Notes: generated by a model not told the origin, from the sequence alone. A stretch of 57,413 nucleotides of DNA from an uncultured Planctomycetales bacterium (GCA_964608955.1 CAZSQC010000001.1:6959-64371), one strand, 5' to 3'; counted from the stretch's first letter, positions 7,705 through 16,599 are shown. A program made the numbers and translations.

Positions 7705-8928
7705 TTTTTCGATAACCAGGACTGAATTTATTCCGCCTCTTCCGCGGGAGATTATCAAAGCTTTATTTATCTTTTTTTCTTTTGGTTCTTTACCTATATA
7801 ATTAAGGCCTTCAATAGCAGGGTTATCAAGATTTACGGTAGGGGGAACTAAATTATTCTCCATGGCGAGGATTGTCGTAATCAAATCCACTGCTCCGGAT
7901 GCGCCGAGTAAATTACCGAACATGGATTTAGGGCAGCTTACCGGAATATTTCTCAGATTTTCCTTAAAAATTATTTTTAATGCTTTTATCTCTGAATCAT
8001 CCCACAGCGAGCTAGCAAGCCCGTCTAAGCTTATAAAATCTATATCTGCAGGCTGTATCTTAGCATCAGCAAGGGCATTACTTATCGCTCTTGCCAGTTC
8101 CACTCCATCAGGAGCGCAATCAATACGATCTACGCCGTCACAAGTAGCGGCATATCCTGAAATCAAAGCCTGGATATTAACCTTTCTTTCTTTAGCGCGC
8201 CTTATACTCTCCATCACTACAATTCCCGCACCTTCCCCTATTACGCAGCCATCCCTGCTTTTATCAAAAGGGCGATAGGCGGATTTTGGACTACTGTTAT
8301 TCTTAGAAAGCGCACCGTAAGTATTGCAGCATAAAAGCGCATACGGCGTTACCGGCGCTTCCATGCCTCCGGCTAAAATCATGTCCAATTTATTCTTTGC
8401 TAAAACTTTCCTGGCATAACCTAAAGCCATAAGCGAACTTGCACGGTCAGCAACAACGGTCTTAGAAAAACCCTTTATCCCGTAATAAATAGATACTTGT
8501 CCCTGCGGAGCAGCCGGAAACCATGCTGAAGCCATATAAGGAGAAACGCCCTCCCTGCCTTCGATATATAAATCGCGCAGCTCTGTTTCGGCATAAAGCC
8601 AGCCGCCTATTGCATTACCCAGAAAAATTCCGACTAAATTAGGGTCCTCTTTTTTTATATCAATGCCGGAGTCCTGCAGGGCCATTTCAGCGGCGATTAA
8701 AGCCATGTGCGAAAAGGCGTCTATTTTCTTAGCGAGCCTCTCTGAAATATGGCTGTACTTCTCAAGGTCATCAATCTGCCCCGCGATATGCGCAGGGTAT
8801 TTTGAAGCTTCAAATCTGGTAATCTCTTTTATGAATGACCTTGCGCTTTTAATATTTGCCCAAAACTGGCGCTTGCCTATTCCTGAAGGCGCAACTATAC
8901 CTATGCCGGTTACCGCTATTTTATCCAT
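7690..8928 (-). CDS. beta-ketoacyl synthase family protein lacking the catalytic triad (KS-beta / chain-length-factor-like)
   Basis: 412 aa and aligns along its length with the adjacent KS. Active-site STGCTAG corresponds to VADRASS (Cys to Arg). NAHGSST corresponds to SLDGLAS (His to Asp). MIGHPL corresponds to MFGNLL (His to Asn). An 8-nt overlap couples it to the KS-alpha gene. Confidence 0.85.
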   Translation of the reverse strand: MDKIAVTGIGIVAPSGIGKRQFWANIKSARSFIKEITRFEASKYPAHIAGQIDDLEKYSHISERLAKKIDAFSHMALIAAEMALQDSGIDIKKEDPNLVGIFLGNAIGGWLYAETELRDLYIEGREGVSPYMASAWFPAAPQGQVSIYYGIKGFSKTVVADRASSLMALGYARKVLAKNKLDMILAGGMEAPVTPYALLCCNTYGALSKNNSSPKSAYRPFDKSRDGCVIGEGAGIVVMESIRRAKERKVNIQALISGYAATCDGVDRIDCAPDGVELARAISNALADAKIQPADIDFISLDGLASSLWDDSEIKALKIIFKENLRNIPVSCPKSMFGNLLGASGAVDLITTILAMENNLVPPTVNLDNPAIEGLNYIGKEPKEKKINKALIISRGRGGINSVLVIEKGDTL

Positions 8929-10183
8929 TATATCTCCTTAAAACCAACGATGAATGAATCCCAGAAAAACCGCTGCTTGTTTTTAATATCACATCTACCT
9001 TTTTTTTAATCGCTTCATTGGGTATATAGTATAAATCGCACTGCGGATCTTTTTCTTCCTGGTTAATCGTAGGGGGGAGGATATTTTTCTCAAATATCAA
9101 AGCTGCGACTGTAAGCTCGATTGCGTTTGCCGCGGCCAAAGGATGCCCGATCATGGACTTAAAGGAACTTATCGGAAGTTTATATGCGTACTCCCCGAAG
9201 ATTGCTTTATAGGCGCTGGTTTCGAATATGTCATTCATGCGGGTAGAAGAGCCATGGGCATTGATATAGTCCACATCTTTAGGATTGACATCGGAGTCTT
9301 TTAACGCTAAATCTATACACATCTCCATTGCCCTGCCATCGGAAGGAAGATCTGTCATATGGAAGGCATTGCAACTTGTCCCGAACCCTAAAACTTCGCA
9401 ATATATTTTTGCGTTTCTTCTTAAAGCATGGTTTAACTCCTCTAACACAAGAATCCCCGCCCCTTCGGAAAGGACAAAGCCGTCCCTTTTGTTATCAAAA
9501 GGCCGGGAGGCTTTTTCAGGCTCGCTGTTATGCACAGATAAAACATTAACGACGTCGAATGCGCCAAAAGTAATCGGAGTAATCGGAGCTTCTGCTGCGC
9601 CGCAAATCATGATATCCTGCTCTCCGTCCTGGATAGACTCTAAACCAAATCCCAAAGAATCCGTCCCAGCAGTACAGCCTGTAGAAAGAGTATTGCATAT
9701 TCCTTTTAACCCATATTTGGAGGAAATTTCTATGGAAGGCGTATTAAACATCGCCGCGTCGTAAAGGTCCTGGCGCACCAGAGAAGGGTCAATAGGTTTC
9801 TTGCCATCTTCAGTTACCAGGGCAAATTCCTCTTCCATATATTTTGTCCCGCAAATGGCGTTTGCCAGGCATACCCCTGCCCTGCGTGGATCTTCTTTCT
9901 TAAAATCAATGCCGCTGTCTTTTATCGCCATATTTCCTGCCACTACGCCGAACTGCACATACCTATCCATGCGCATCGCCTCTTCATGGGTCAGGCCGAG
10001 TTTAAAAGGGTCAAAATCACGCACTTCCGCCGCTATTTTTGTATTAAAAACTGACACATCAAAACCATCAACCAGCTTTACGCCGGACTTGCCCGAAGAC
10101 ATTCCCCTCCATACAGCTTCTTTTCCTATTCCATTAGGGGAAACTGTTCCTACTCCAGTAATAACCACTCTGCGTTTTTCCAT
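8921..10183 (-). CDS. beta-ketoacyl-ACP synthase, type II PKS KS-alpha-like
   Basis: Has STGCTAG active-site Cys, NAHGSSTRMND and SMIGHPLAAA His motifs. Start set at MEKRRVVITGVG (ATG 10183, AGGAGA upstream) rather than the extended ORF start at 10216. Confidence 0.9.
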   Translation of the reverse strand: MEKRRVVITGVGTVSPNGIGKEAVWRGMSSGKSGVKLVDGFDVSVFNTKIAAEVRDFDPFKLGLTHEEAMRMDRYVQFGVVAGNMAIKDSGIDFKKEDPRRAGVCLANAICGTKYMEEEFALVTEDGKKPIDPSLVRQDLYDAAMFNTPSIEISSKYGLKGICNTLSTGCTAGTDSLGFGLESIQDGEQDIMICGAAEAPITPITFGAFDVVNVLSVHNSEPEKASRPFDNKRDGFVLSEGAGILVLEELNHALRRNAKIYCEVLGFGTSCNAFHMTDLPSDGRAMEMCIDLALKDSDVNPKDVDYINAHGSSTRMNDIFETSAYKAIFGEYAYKLPISSFKSMIGHPLAAANAIELTVAALIFEKNILPPTINQEEKDPQCDLYYIPNEAIKKKVDVILKTSSGFSGIHSSLVLRRYNG

Positions 10184-10230
10184 AAAATTATTCTTTCTCC
10201 TGGCCCGCAAGGGCAAACCCGCGCAATTCC

Positions 10231-10833
10231 TTATACACGCGGGGTATCTTCTACTCTTGTTACTTTAAATATTATATTCCCGCCGTCAGGGCAGGTAACC
10301 GTATCAATAGAATTGGGATCCTGCATAAAGAAAAATTTTGCCCCGAAATTTAACGCGAATAAAGCAGGAAAGGCGGTGTGAAACGCCGCCCCGCAAAATC
10401 CGGGGATGCACTTTAAACCCTGCGTCTCCCATTTATCACCCACCTTGTAACCGAAAGTACATTTACCCTTAGCCTTAACTACCTCAATAATCATCTTCTT
10501 GGGATTAGGGCCTTTATGGTTAGGATCCTTAGGAAGTACCTCGACATTTCCGTTCTTATCCAGTATTTCGGCTTTAAATTCAAGCTTTCCTCCGTCAGGA
10601 CAGGTAACTAAAAGAGACCTCTGGTTGTCGCGGAAACCAAACTTTGCACCGAAGCTTAAGGCATAAATAACCGGAAAAAGGGCGTGCGCTAAACCCAGAC
10701 AAAAATGCTTTGGGGGATGGGTGAAATCCTCCAGGATAATTTCATCCCCTGCCTTATAACCATGATAACACTCTCCGTAAACACCTGTTACTGTAAGTTT
10801 TAACTTCGGAAAAGGCGTATTGACTTCACTCAT
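10231..10833 (-). CDS. tandem-duplicated TIGR04076 family protein (function unknown)
   Basis: 200 aa with two homologous halves. Each has G(E/K)C..GYK.GD ... FC ... FP..(Y/F)AL.FGAKF ... V(T)CPDGG ... F(K). This resembles the roughly 90 aa Cys-rich TIGR04076 module. Confidence 0.65.
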   Translation of the reverse strand: MSEVNTPFPKLKLTVTGVYGECYHGYKAGDEIILEDFTHPPKHFCLGLAHALFPVIYALSFGAKFGFRDNQRSLLVTCPDGGKLEFKAEILDKNGNVEVLPKDPNHKGPNPKKMIIEVVKAKGKCTFGYKVGDKWETQGLKCIPGFCGAAFHTAFPALFALNFGAKFFFMQDPNSIDTVTCPDGGNIIFKVTRVEDTPRV

Positions 10834-10837
10834 ATTC

Positions 10838-11845
10838 TTAATTTAATAAATGCTTTAAGCTACTGTTTAATTCCTCTTTTGTTAAAAATTTATTATCTTT
10901 TTCTACCCTATGTACCAACTCCACCAAGGCTTTATTAAGAGGAGCGGCAAGCCCGTTCTTCTCTGCAAGCGATACAAATTCGCCGTTAATATAATCGATC
11001 TCCGAAGCCTTGCCTCTCCTTATGCTCTGTAATATTGAACCATACAAAGGATCCTTGCTTAACTTAGTCATGATCCCAGAAAATATTTTTGCAGCCTCTT
11101 CTTTAGGGATCGCTATAAGCTTAGTTACATTCTCTATAGGGAAACCCGGCAGAGACTCCATTTTGATATTAAGCCTTGATAGCAGATTGAATCCTTCTTC
11201 CCAGATTTTGATACTTACCATGCTTATATTATGGTCCGCGAATGCCTCCTGCATGCTTAATCCCAGTATCGCGGGGATACAGTTATTGGCGTTTACAAAA
11301 ATCTTCAGATATTTCATGCCTAATATATTTTGGCTTACTACCGCCGGAAAAGCCTTATCCAGAATCATGCTTACATCAAGGATACCGGGATTAGGCACTT
11401 CTTTAAAAACGCTCCCTACTACCCAGTCTCCTTCGAAATTATGCACAACCCTCCCGGGTTCAATGAGAGTAGAGCCAAACATCACAATACTTGAAAGGAT
11501 ATTTTCTTTTGGCAGAAGCCTTGCGATTATATTCTCGGACTGCACGCCGTTCTGCGTAGTAAGTATTATTGTTTTCTTAAGAAGGGGGAGATTATCTCTT
11601 ATCGCTTTTTCTACATCCTGGGTTTTAGTCGCAACTATCAAAATCTTTGGCTCCGACACTAAAAACTCATAAACATGAACGGGGACTTTAAAATCTCCCC
11701 TGACCCCGGAAATTACTACTCCGTTTTTGTGTATCGCGTCTACTGAATCGGGCTTTGCGACTAAATATACGTCTTCACCTTTTAATTTAAGATACCCTGC
11801 CGCTAAGGCACCGATTGCTCCCGCGCCTATTATTGCTACGCTCAA
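10838..11845 (-). CDS. 2-dehydropantoate 2-reductase (PanE/ApbA) family oxidoreductase
   Basis: 335 aa. N-terminal IIGAGAIGALAAGYL Rossmann motif, and C-terminal SILQSIRRGKASEIDYINGEFV typical of the ApbA_C domain. Confidence 0.85.
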   Translation of the reverse strand: MSVAIIGAGAIGALAAGYLKLKGEDVYLVAKPDSVDAIHKNGVVISGVRGDFKVPVHVYEFLVSEPKILIVATKTQDVEKAIRDNLPLLKKTIILTTQNGVQSENIIARLLPKENILSSIVMFGSTLIEPGRVVHNFEGDWVVGSVFKEVPNPGILDVSMILDKAFPAVVSQNILGMKYLKIFVNANNCIPAILGLSMQEAFADHNISMVSIKIWEEGFNLLSRLNIKMESLPGFPIENVTKLIAIPKEEAAKIFSGIMTKLSKDPLYGSILQSIRRGKASEIDYINGEFVSLAEKNGLAAPLNKALVELVHRVEKDNKFLTKEELNSSLKHLLN

Positions 11846-11857
11846 AATGAACCTTCC

Positions 11858-12127
11858 TTATTTACTATTTGACCTAGGGAAACCGTACTTCTTATAATCA
11901 AATCCGGTTTGCTCCAAAAGCCTTACCATCATGCTGTAAAAAGGAGACGGTACATCGGAGAAAAAGGCACAAACAACATCCTCCTCCTGCACCATCGGAC
12001 TGTTCCTCCTTAGGGCATTCTCTCTCGCCTTCTTGGTTACAGCTTCCTCGGTAATATGCCGGTGGAATACCGGGATTTTTGATATAAAAAGCCTGAACTT
12101 TGCCTGGGTCTTATTTTCCCATTCCAT
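11858..12127 (-). CDS. small PCP_red-like protein (protochlorophyllide reductase subunit B C-terminal domain family)
   Basis: 89 aa. W..K.QAKF...ISKIPVFHRHITEEAVTKKARENAL...V.EEDV resembles the W..eA...l.kIPfFvR pattern of PF08369. It is the first gene after the promoter. Confidence 0.45.
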   Translation of the reverse strand: MEWENKTQAKFRLFISKIPVFHRHITEEAVTKKARENALRRNSPMVQEEDVVCAFFSDVPSPFYSMMVRLLEQTGFDYKKYGFPRSNSK

Positions 12128-12139
12128 ATGTCTTAAAAT

Positions 12140-12157
12140 ATAGTAAAATTTTACTAT
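12140..12157. promoter_or_regulatory. 18-bp perfect palindrome ATAGTAAAATTTTACTAT, candidate operator
   Basis: Lies between the predicted -10 (12171-12176) and the first start codon (12127). An extra AGTAAA half-site is at 12163-12168. Confidence 0.5.
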
Positions 12158-12170
12158 TTATCAGTAAACT

Positions 12171-12199
12171 ATTTTATAATTTCAGTAGTCTTGTGTCAA
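12171..12199 (-). promoter_or_regulatory. sigma70-like promoter of the PKS-like operon
   Basis: Minus strand reads TTGACA (12199-12194), a 17-nt spacer, then TAAAAT (12176-12171). Confidence 0.55.
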
Positions 12200-12264
12200 G
12201 TATTTTTAATTAGCATGATTTCTGGCAGGATTAAAACTACCTACGGTTTATACAGATACGATTA

Positions 12265-12555
12265 TTAAGTACATTCATCCAAAGGCAATACAAAGGCTTT
12301 TATTCCTTCTTGTCCGGCTTTATTCCTGAGATCTTTGATTCCCTGAATCAATCTTTTTGAATCCGGTTCCTGGCAGGCGACATAAAGAATATTATTTAAT
12401 CCCGGCCAGATATCAGTACCCAAATGCGCACCGCTCGTTATTCCTTTACCGAATACCTTGGGAATTTTGGTATAACCCTGTATCTTAAAGTCACCCAAAA
12501 CCTCCATTAGCTCATTATCTAACGCCTCATTATATACGATCATAAGCATTCTCAT
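12265..12555 (-). CDS. small P-II-fold-like RND transporter-associated protein (PG0541/DUF3240-like)
   Basis: 96 aa. VYNEALDNELMEVL....GYTKIP.V.GKG..SGAHLGTDIWPG.N resembles the small proteins encoded 3' of RND pumps. An ATGA overlap couples it to the RND gene. Confidence 0.55.
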   Translation of the reverse strand: MRMLMIVYNEALDNELMEVLGDFKIQGYTKIPKVFGKGITSGAHLGTDIWPGLNNILYVACQEPDSKRLIQGIKDLRNKAGQEGIKAFVLPLDECT

Positions 12556-15500
12556 CTTTTCTTTGCCTCCTTTAATAACGTGCCTCTATGGAATACCGCA
12601 TAAAGCGTAGGGACAAAAAGCATGGTAATAAAAGTTGAAACGGATAAGCCGCTTATCATCGTTATGCCAAGTGGCTGCCATGTTTCTGACCCTGTGCCGC
12701 GCGATAGAGCAAGCGGAAGAAGGCCGACGAGCGTAGTTATGGTTGTCATTAAAACAGGCCTGAGCCTGTCTTTTCCTGCATGGGTAACTGCCTCATGCAT
12801 TGAAAAACCCCTGGCCCTTAATATATTGATATAGCTTATTAAAACAATGGCGTTATTTACGACTATACCCATAAGCATGACTATTCCGAGAAAAGTATTA
12901 ATGCTTAAATTTGTCCTGGTTATGACAAAACCCAATATGACGCCTACAAAGGTAAACGGTATGGAAAACATTATAATAAAAGGATCCAGGAGCGACTCAA
13001 ACTGCCCGGCCATTACCATATATACTAAAGCTATACCTAAAATCAGCAGAAGAGTTAAATCCTTAAAGGCCTTTTTCTGCTCCTCTGCTTCTCCTCCAAA
13101 GCTCACAACAATATCAGAAGGTATAGCTATCTTTTTAAGTTCTTTCTTTAAGTCTTCTACTATTTTCCCGGACGACCTTTTGTAAGCATTGCACTCTACG
13201 CTTACTACTCTTTCGCGGTTCAGGCGATCAATTGTCTCCGGGCCGCTTGTTTCATAAATCCTTGCAATATTACTTAATCTTATAAGTTTCCTAGAAAAAC
13301 CTTTAGTGCTTGCCGCTGCCTCAAGGGTCTCAAACGGCACATTGTCTTCTGGTAGGGGAGCGACAATAGAAAGGTTATTAATGTCTTCTATTTTAGAGCG
13401 CGATGCATCCTCAAGCCTTACATATATATCGTAAGTTTTTCCCTTTTCCCTGTATTTTGTTGCGGTAGAACCCTGAATAAATGTTTTCAGGGTTTCCGAT
13501 ATCGTATACATATCAAGCCCCAGGCTTGCGGCTTTTTCTCTATCTACTTCAATCCTTAATTCGGGCCGGTTCGGCTCCCTGGAAACGCTTACATCCACTG
13601 CCCCGGGTATTTTCTCAAGAACACCTTTTATCTTTTCTGCTAAAACATCGGTCGTCTCGAATGAATTTCCGATAACATCAAGCTGTACTGCCTTGCCTCC
13701 GGTGCCCGCGATTAACCTGCCCAAAGGATTCCCGGTAGTAATATTAGTCTTTAAAACCCCCGGAATATCCTTAATCTTCTTTCTTACTGCCTGGCCTACT
13801 TCTTTCACTGAACGCTTCCTATTTTCTTTAGGGATAAGCTTAGCGCCGGCTGAAATTATATGCGTCCCCGCATCTCCACCCATTAATCTTCCCACCCCCG
13901 TTATTGAGCCGCTGCGGGAATAGTAGAATTTTGCCTCCGGGATATCAGCCTTTAATATCTCTTCTATTCTCAAGGCTACCCTATCAGTCTCTTCCACCCT
14001 TGTGCCAATTGGAAGATATACCGTTAGCCTTAGGTCTCCGGAGTCTTCTTCCGGAATAAATTCATTTCCTACCAAAGGAAGCAACATCAAACTTAAGAAG
14101 AAAGCCCCTAAGAATCCTATTAAAACGGTTTTTTTATGCCCAAGACAAAAACTTAAAGCCTTGCTATATTTATCCTCCCATCCCGTAAACCATTTCTCTG
14201 ATATTTGATATAAATTAGCCAGAAATCCTTCTTTCCTCTGCTTTATCCTCAACCACTTTGAACAAAGCATAGGAGTAAAGGTAAGCGCAGTAAATAAAGA
14301 AGCGGTTAAGGTTACCGAAACAACCATAGCTAAAACCCCAAACATTATACCTATAACTCCGGGCAGAAAGAGCATCGGCAAAAAGACTACCAGAGTAGTA
14401 AGTGTTGAGGCGGCTATTGCCAGGAAAAGCTCTGATGAACCGAATATGGCTGCTTCTGATGGGCGGTTCCCCCTTTCAAGCCGGCGGTAAACATTGTCTA
14501 CCACCACTATCGCATTGTCAACTATCATCCCCGATGCGATAGCTAAAGATGATAGGCTTATTACATTGATAGTCCCCTGGCTTAAGAAAAGGTAGATGAA
14601 AGCTGCGAGAAGCGAAAATGGAAGCGTCAGTGCAATAATCAAGCTCGGAGTAAATGCCCGCAAAAAAAACCAGACAACAAATACGACAAGGAAAATACCT
14701 AACCAAACCGAAGATTTAAGAGAATTAAGTGAGTCGATTATGTCCTTTGAAGTATCAAATATAATATTTAATTTTACATCAGAAGGCAGGGTTTTCTCTA
14801 TCTCTTTGAGTTTTTCCTTAACGCGGCTAGCAACTTCTACCGTATTAGTGCCGTTCTGCTTCTGAACCATAAGCATAATACCGCGTTTTCCGCTAATACG
14901 CACATAACCTGTTTCCTCCTCAAAACCATCTTCTACCCTCGCAACATCTTTCAGGTAAATAGGTTTTCCTTTACGTTTACCCAAGATAACCAAGTTTATT
15001 TCTTCCGGCGTTGCAAATTCACCGGGGAGCCTTATAAGGTAATCTGTCAAGCCTGTCTTCAAACTGCCAACCGGCTGGGTTACATTCTCCTGCTTTAATT
15101 TATTCTTAATATCCAAAATAGAGAAACCGTAACCCTCTAACCTTTGCCTGTCAATCCATATGTTGATTTGTCTTTTTAAACCTCCACCCTGCATCTGAAC
15201 AGTGCCAACTCCGGGGAGCTGCTTTAACATATCTCCTATTCTTTTTTCTACAATATCATAAAGATCCGGATAACTCTGGTCGGCAGTTATCCCAATATAT
15301 ATAATAGGCATATTAGCGGTGTTGAATTTAAAGATTATTGGATTGTCCATCTCATCCGGGATATCCGGCAAAAACCTCTTGGCCCGTTCTATTCTATCGC
15401 GTACATCATTAGAGGCTTCGTCAAGATTGGTCCCCCAGATAAACTTGAGCCTTATTACGGATGAGCCTTCCGAAGAAGAAGAAGTCATCTTTTCTAGGCC

Positions 15501-15725
15501 GGGAGTAGTGCCTAGCTGGTTTTCTAACTCCTCCGTAACTTTAATTTCAACGTCTGCCGGGCTTGCTCCGGGATAAGTTGATATGACGCTTATGGAAGGA
15601 GGCTCTATCTCAGGCATCATGTCAACACCAAGACGGCTTAAAGAATACGCAGCCAGAATGATGATAGCGGTAAATATCATCAAGTTAGTAACTGGTTTTC
15701 TTACTCCGAATTGCGGTAAATTCAT
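12552..15725 (-). CDS. RND efflux transporter permease (AcrB/HAE family)
   Basis: 1057 aa with 12-TM plus two large periplasmic loops. The N-terminus ...RKPVTNLMIFTAIIILAAYS and overall composition are typical of the ACR_tran family. Confidence 0.95.
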   Translation of the reverse strand: MNLPQFGVRKPVTNLMIFTAIIILAAYSLSRLGVDMMPEIEPPSISVISTYPGASPADVEIKVTEELENQLGTTPGLEKMTSSSSEGSSVIRLKFIWGTNLDEASNDVRDRIERAKRFLPDIPDEMDNPIIFKFNTANMPIIYIGITADQSYPDLYDIVEKRIGDMLKQLPGVGTVQMQGGGLKRQINIWIDRQRLEGYGFSILDIKNKLKQENVTQPVGSLKTGLTDYLIRLPGEFATPEEINLVILGKRKGKPIYLKDVARVEDGFEEETGYVRISGKRGIMLMVQKQNGTNTVEVASRVKEKLKEIEKTLPSDVKLNIIFDTSKDIIDSLNSLKSSVWLGIFLVVFVVWFFLRAFTPSLIIALTLPFSLLAAFIYLFLSQGTINVISLSSLAIASGMIVDNAIVVVDNVYRRLERGNRPSEAAIFGSSELFLAIAASTLTTLVVFLPMLFLPGVIGIMFGVLAMVVSVTLTASLFTALTFTPMLCSKWLRIKQRKEGFLANLYQISEKWFTGWEDKYSKALSFCLGHKKTVLIGFLGAFFLSLMLLPLVGNEFIPEEDSGDLRLTVYLPIGTRVEETDRVALRIEEILKADIPEAKFYYSRSGSITGVGRLMGGDAGTHIISAGAKLIPKENRKRSVKEVGQAVRKKIKDIPGVLKTNITTGNPLGRLIAGTGGKAVQLDVIGNSFETTDVLAEKIKGVLEKIPGAVDVSVSREPNRPELRIEVDREKAASLGLDMYTISETLKTFIQGSTATKYREKGKTYDIYVRLEDASRSKIEDINNLSIVAPLPEDNVPFETLEAAASTKGFSRKLIRLSNIARIYETSGPETIDRLNRERVVSVECNAYKRSSGKIVEDLKKELKKIAIPSDIVVSFGGEAEEQKKAFKDLTLLLILGIALVYMVMAGQFESLLDPFIIMFSIPFTFVGVILGFVITRTNLSINTFLGIVMLMGIVVNNAIVLISYINILRARGFSMHEAVTHAGKDRLRPVLMTTITTLVGLLPLALSRGTGSETWQPLGITMISGLSVSTFITMLFVPTLYAVFHRGTLLKEAKKR

Positions 15726-16597
15726 TTTTTTTCTACCTCAAAGGCTACCGGAGCGCCCGCATAAAGCTTCTGCTGCCCCATGATAACAACCAAATCCCCT
15801 TCCTTAAGCCCGCTTTTAACTTCATAATAAAAACCTTCTCTTATCCCGAGTGAAACCTTTTTAAGCAAGGCTTTCTTATCCTCAATAACAAAGACATAAG
15901 TAGCTGAATCTCTGCCTATCACAGCCTCCTTAATGATGGCAGGTACAGAAGTTATTTTATCCAAAATAATGCTCACCTTGGCAAACATCCCGGATTTCAA
16001 TTTGCCCTGCGGGTTTTCTATTGTTATTTCAACGGGAACAGAACGCGTTGAAAGATCAATCACAGGGCTTATTTTTGTAACGGAACCGGTAAATTCTTCA
16101 TAAGGGTAAGAATCCACTTTAGCACTGGCTTCCTGCGATAATGAAAGCCTGGGTATGTACTTTTCTGGAATATCCAGAACTATCTTAACCTTACTATCAT
16201 TTACAACAAAAGCTACCGGGGTCTGCGTATTGACATTTTCGCCTATATCTACAAAGACTCTTCCTACTATTCCGGTCAAAGTACTTTGAACCGGCGCTTT
16301 CTCAAATTTAAGCCCGACTTCATCGCGATCGATATAACATATAGTATCCCCCTTTTCAACCGCACTACCGTCTTCTTTTATCTTCTCGATTATTTTACCG
16401 CTTACCTTAGGATAGATATAGGCCTCATCCATGGCCTTGACGTCTCCGGCATACTCTAGCAATGAATTTAAATCCCTTAATTTTACTTCCATAACCTTTA
16501 CAGGGATAACTTCTTCCTTCTTTCCCCTTGCCTCTTTGGATTGACATCCTAAAACCGCCAATAATATAAAAAACAATATTAGTTTATATCTAAACAT
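15722..16597 (-). CDS. RND efflux periplasmic adaptor (MFP/HlyD family) lipoprotein
   Basis: 291 aa. Has a lipobox LAVLGC and a barrel-sandwich hybrid pattern. A 4-nt overlap couples it to the RND gene. Confidence 0.9.
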   Translation of the reverse strand: MFRYKLILFFILLAVLGCQSKEARGKKEEVIPVKVMEVKLRDLNSLLEYAGDVKAMDEAYIYPKVSGKIIEKIKEDGSAVEKGDTICYIDRDEVGLKFEKAPVQSTLTGIVGRVFVDIGENVNTQTPVAFVVNDSKVKIVLDIPEKYIPRLSLSQEASAKVDSYPYEEFTGSVTKISPVIDLSTRSVPVEITIENPQGKLKSGMFAKVSIILDKITSVPAIIKEAVIGRDSATYVFVIEDKKALLKKVSLGIREGFYYEVKSGLKEGDLVVIMGQQKLYAGAPVAFEVEKK

Positions 16598-16599
16598 AA

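Noticed and set aside
10184-10216. Extended start (MPLRARRKNNF) of the KS-alpha ORF
   Set aside because: ATG at 10183 is preceded by AGGAGA at proper spacing, and MEKRRVVITGVG matches the usual KS N-terminus. The extension begins with a non-ATG codon.
14518-14706. Short same-strand ORFs nested out of frame inside long genes (also 706..918 and 49302..49487), and minus-strand ORFs antisense to the ComM-like gene (22108..22401, 22116..22310, 22549..22773)
   Set aside because: They are embedded in well-supported genes (RND pump, phosphorylase, helicase, ComM-like ATPase). They have no independent motifs or translation signals.
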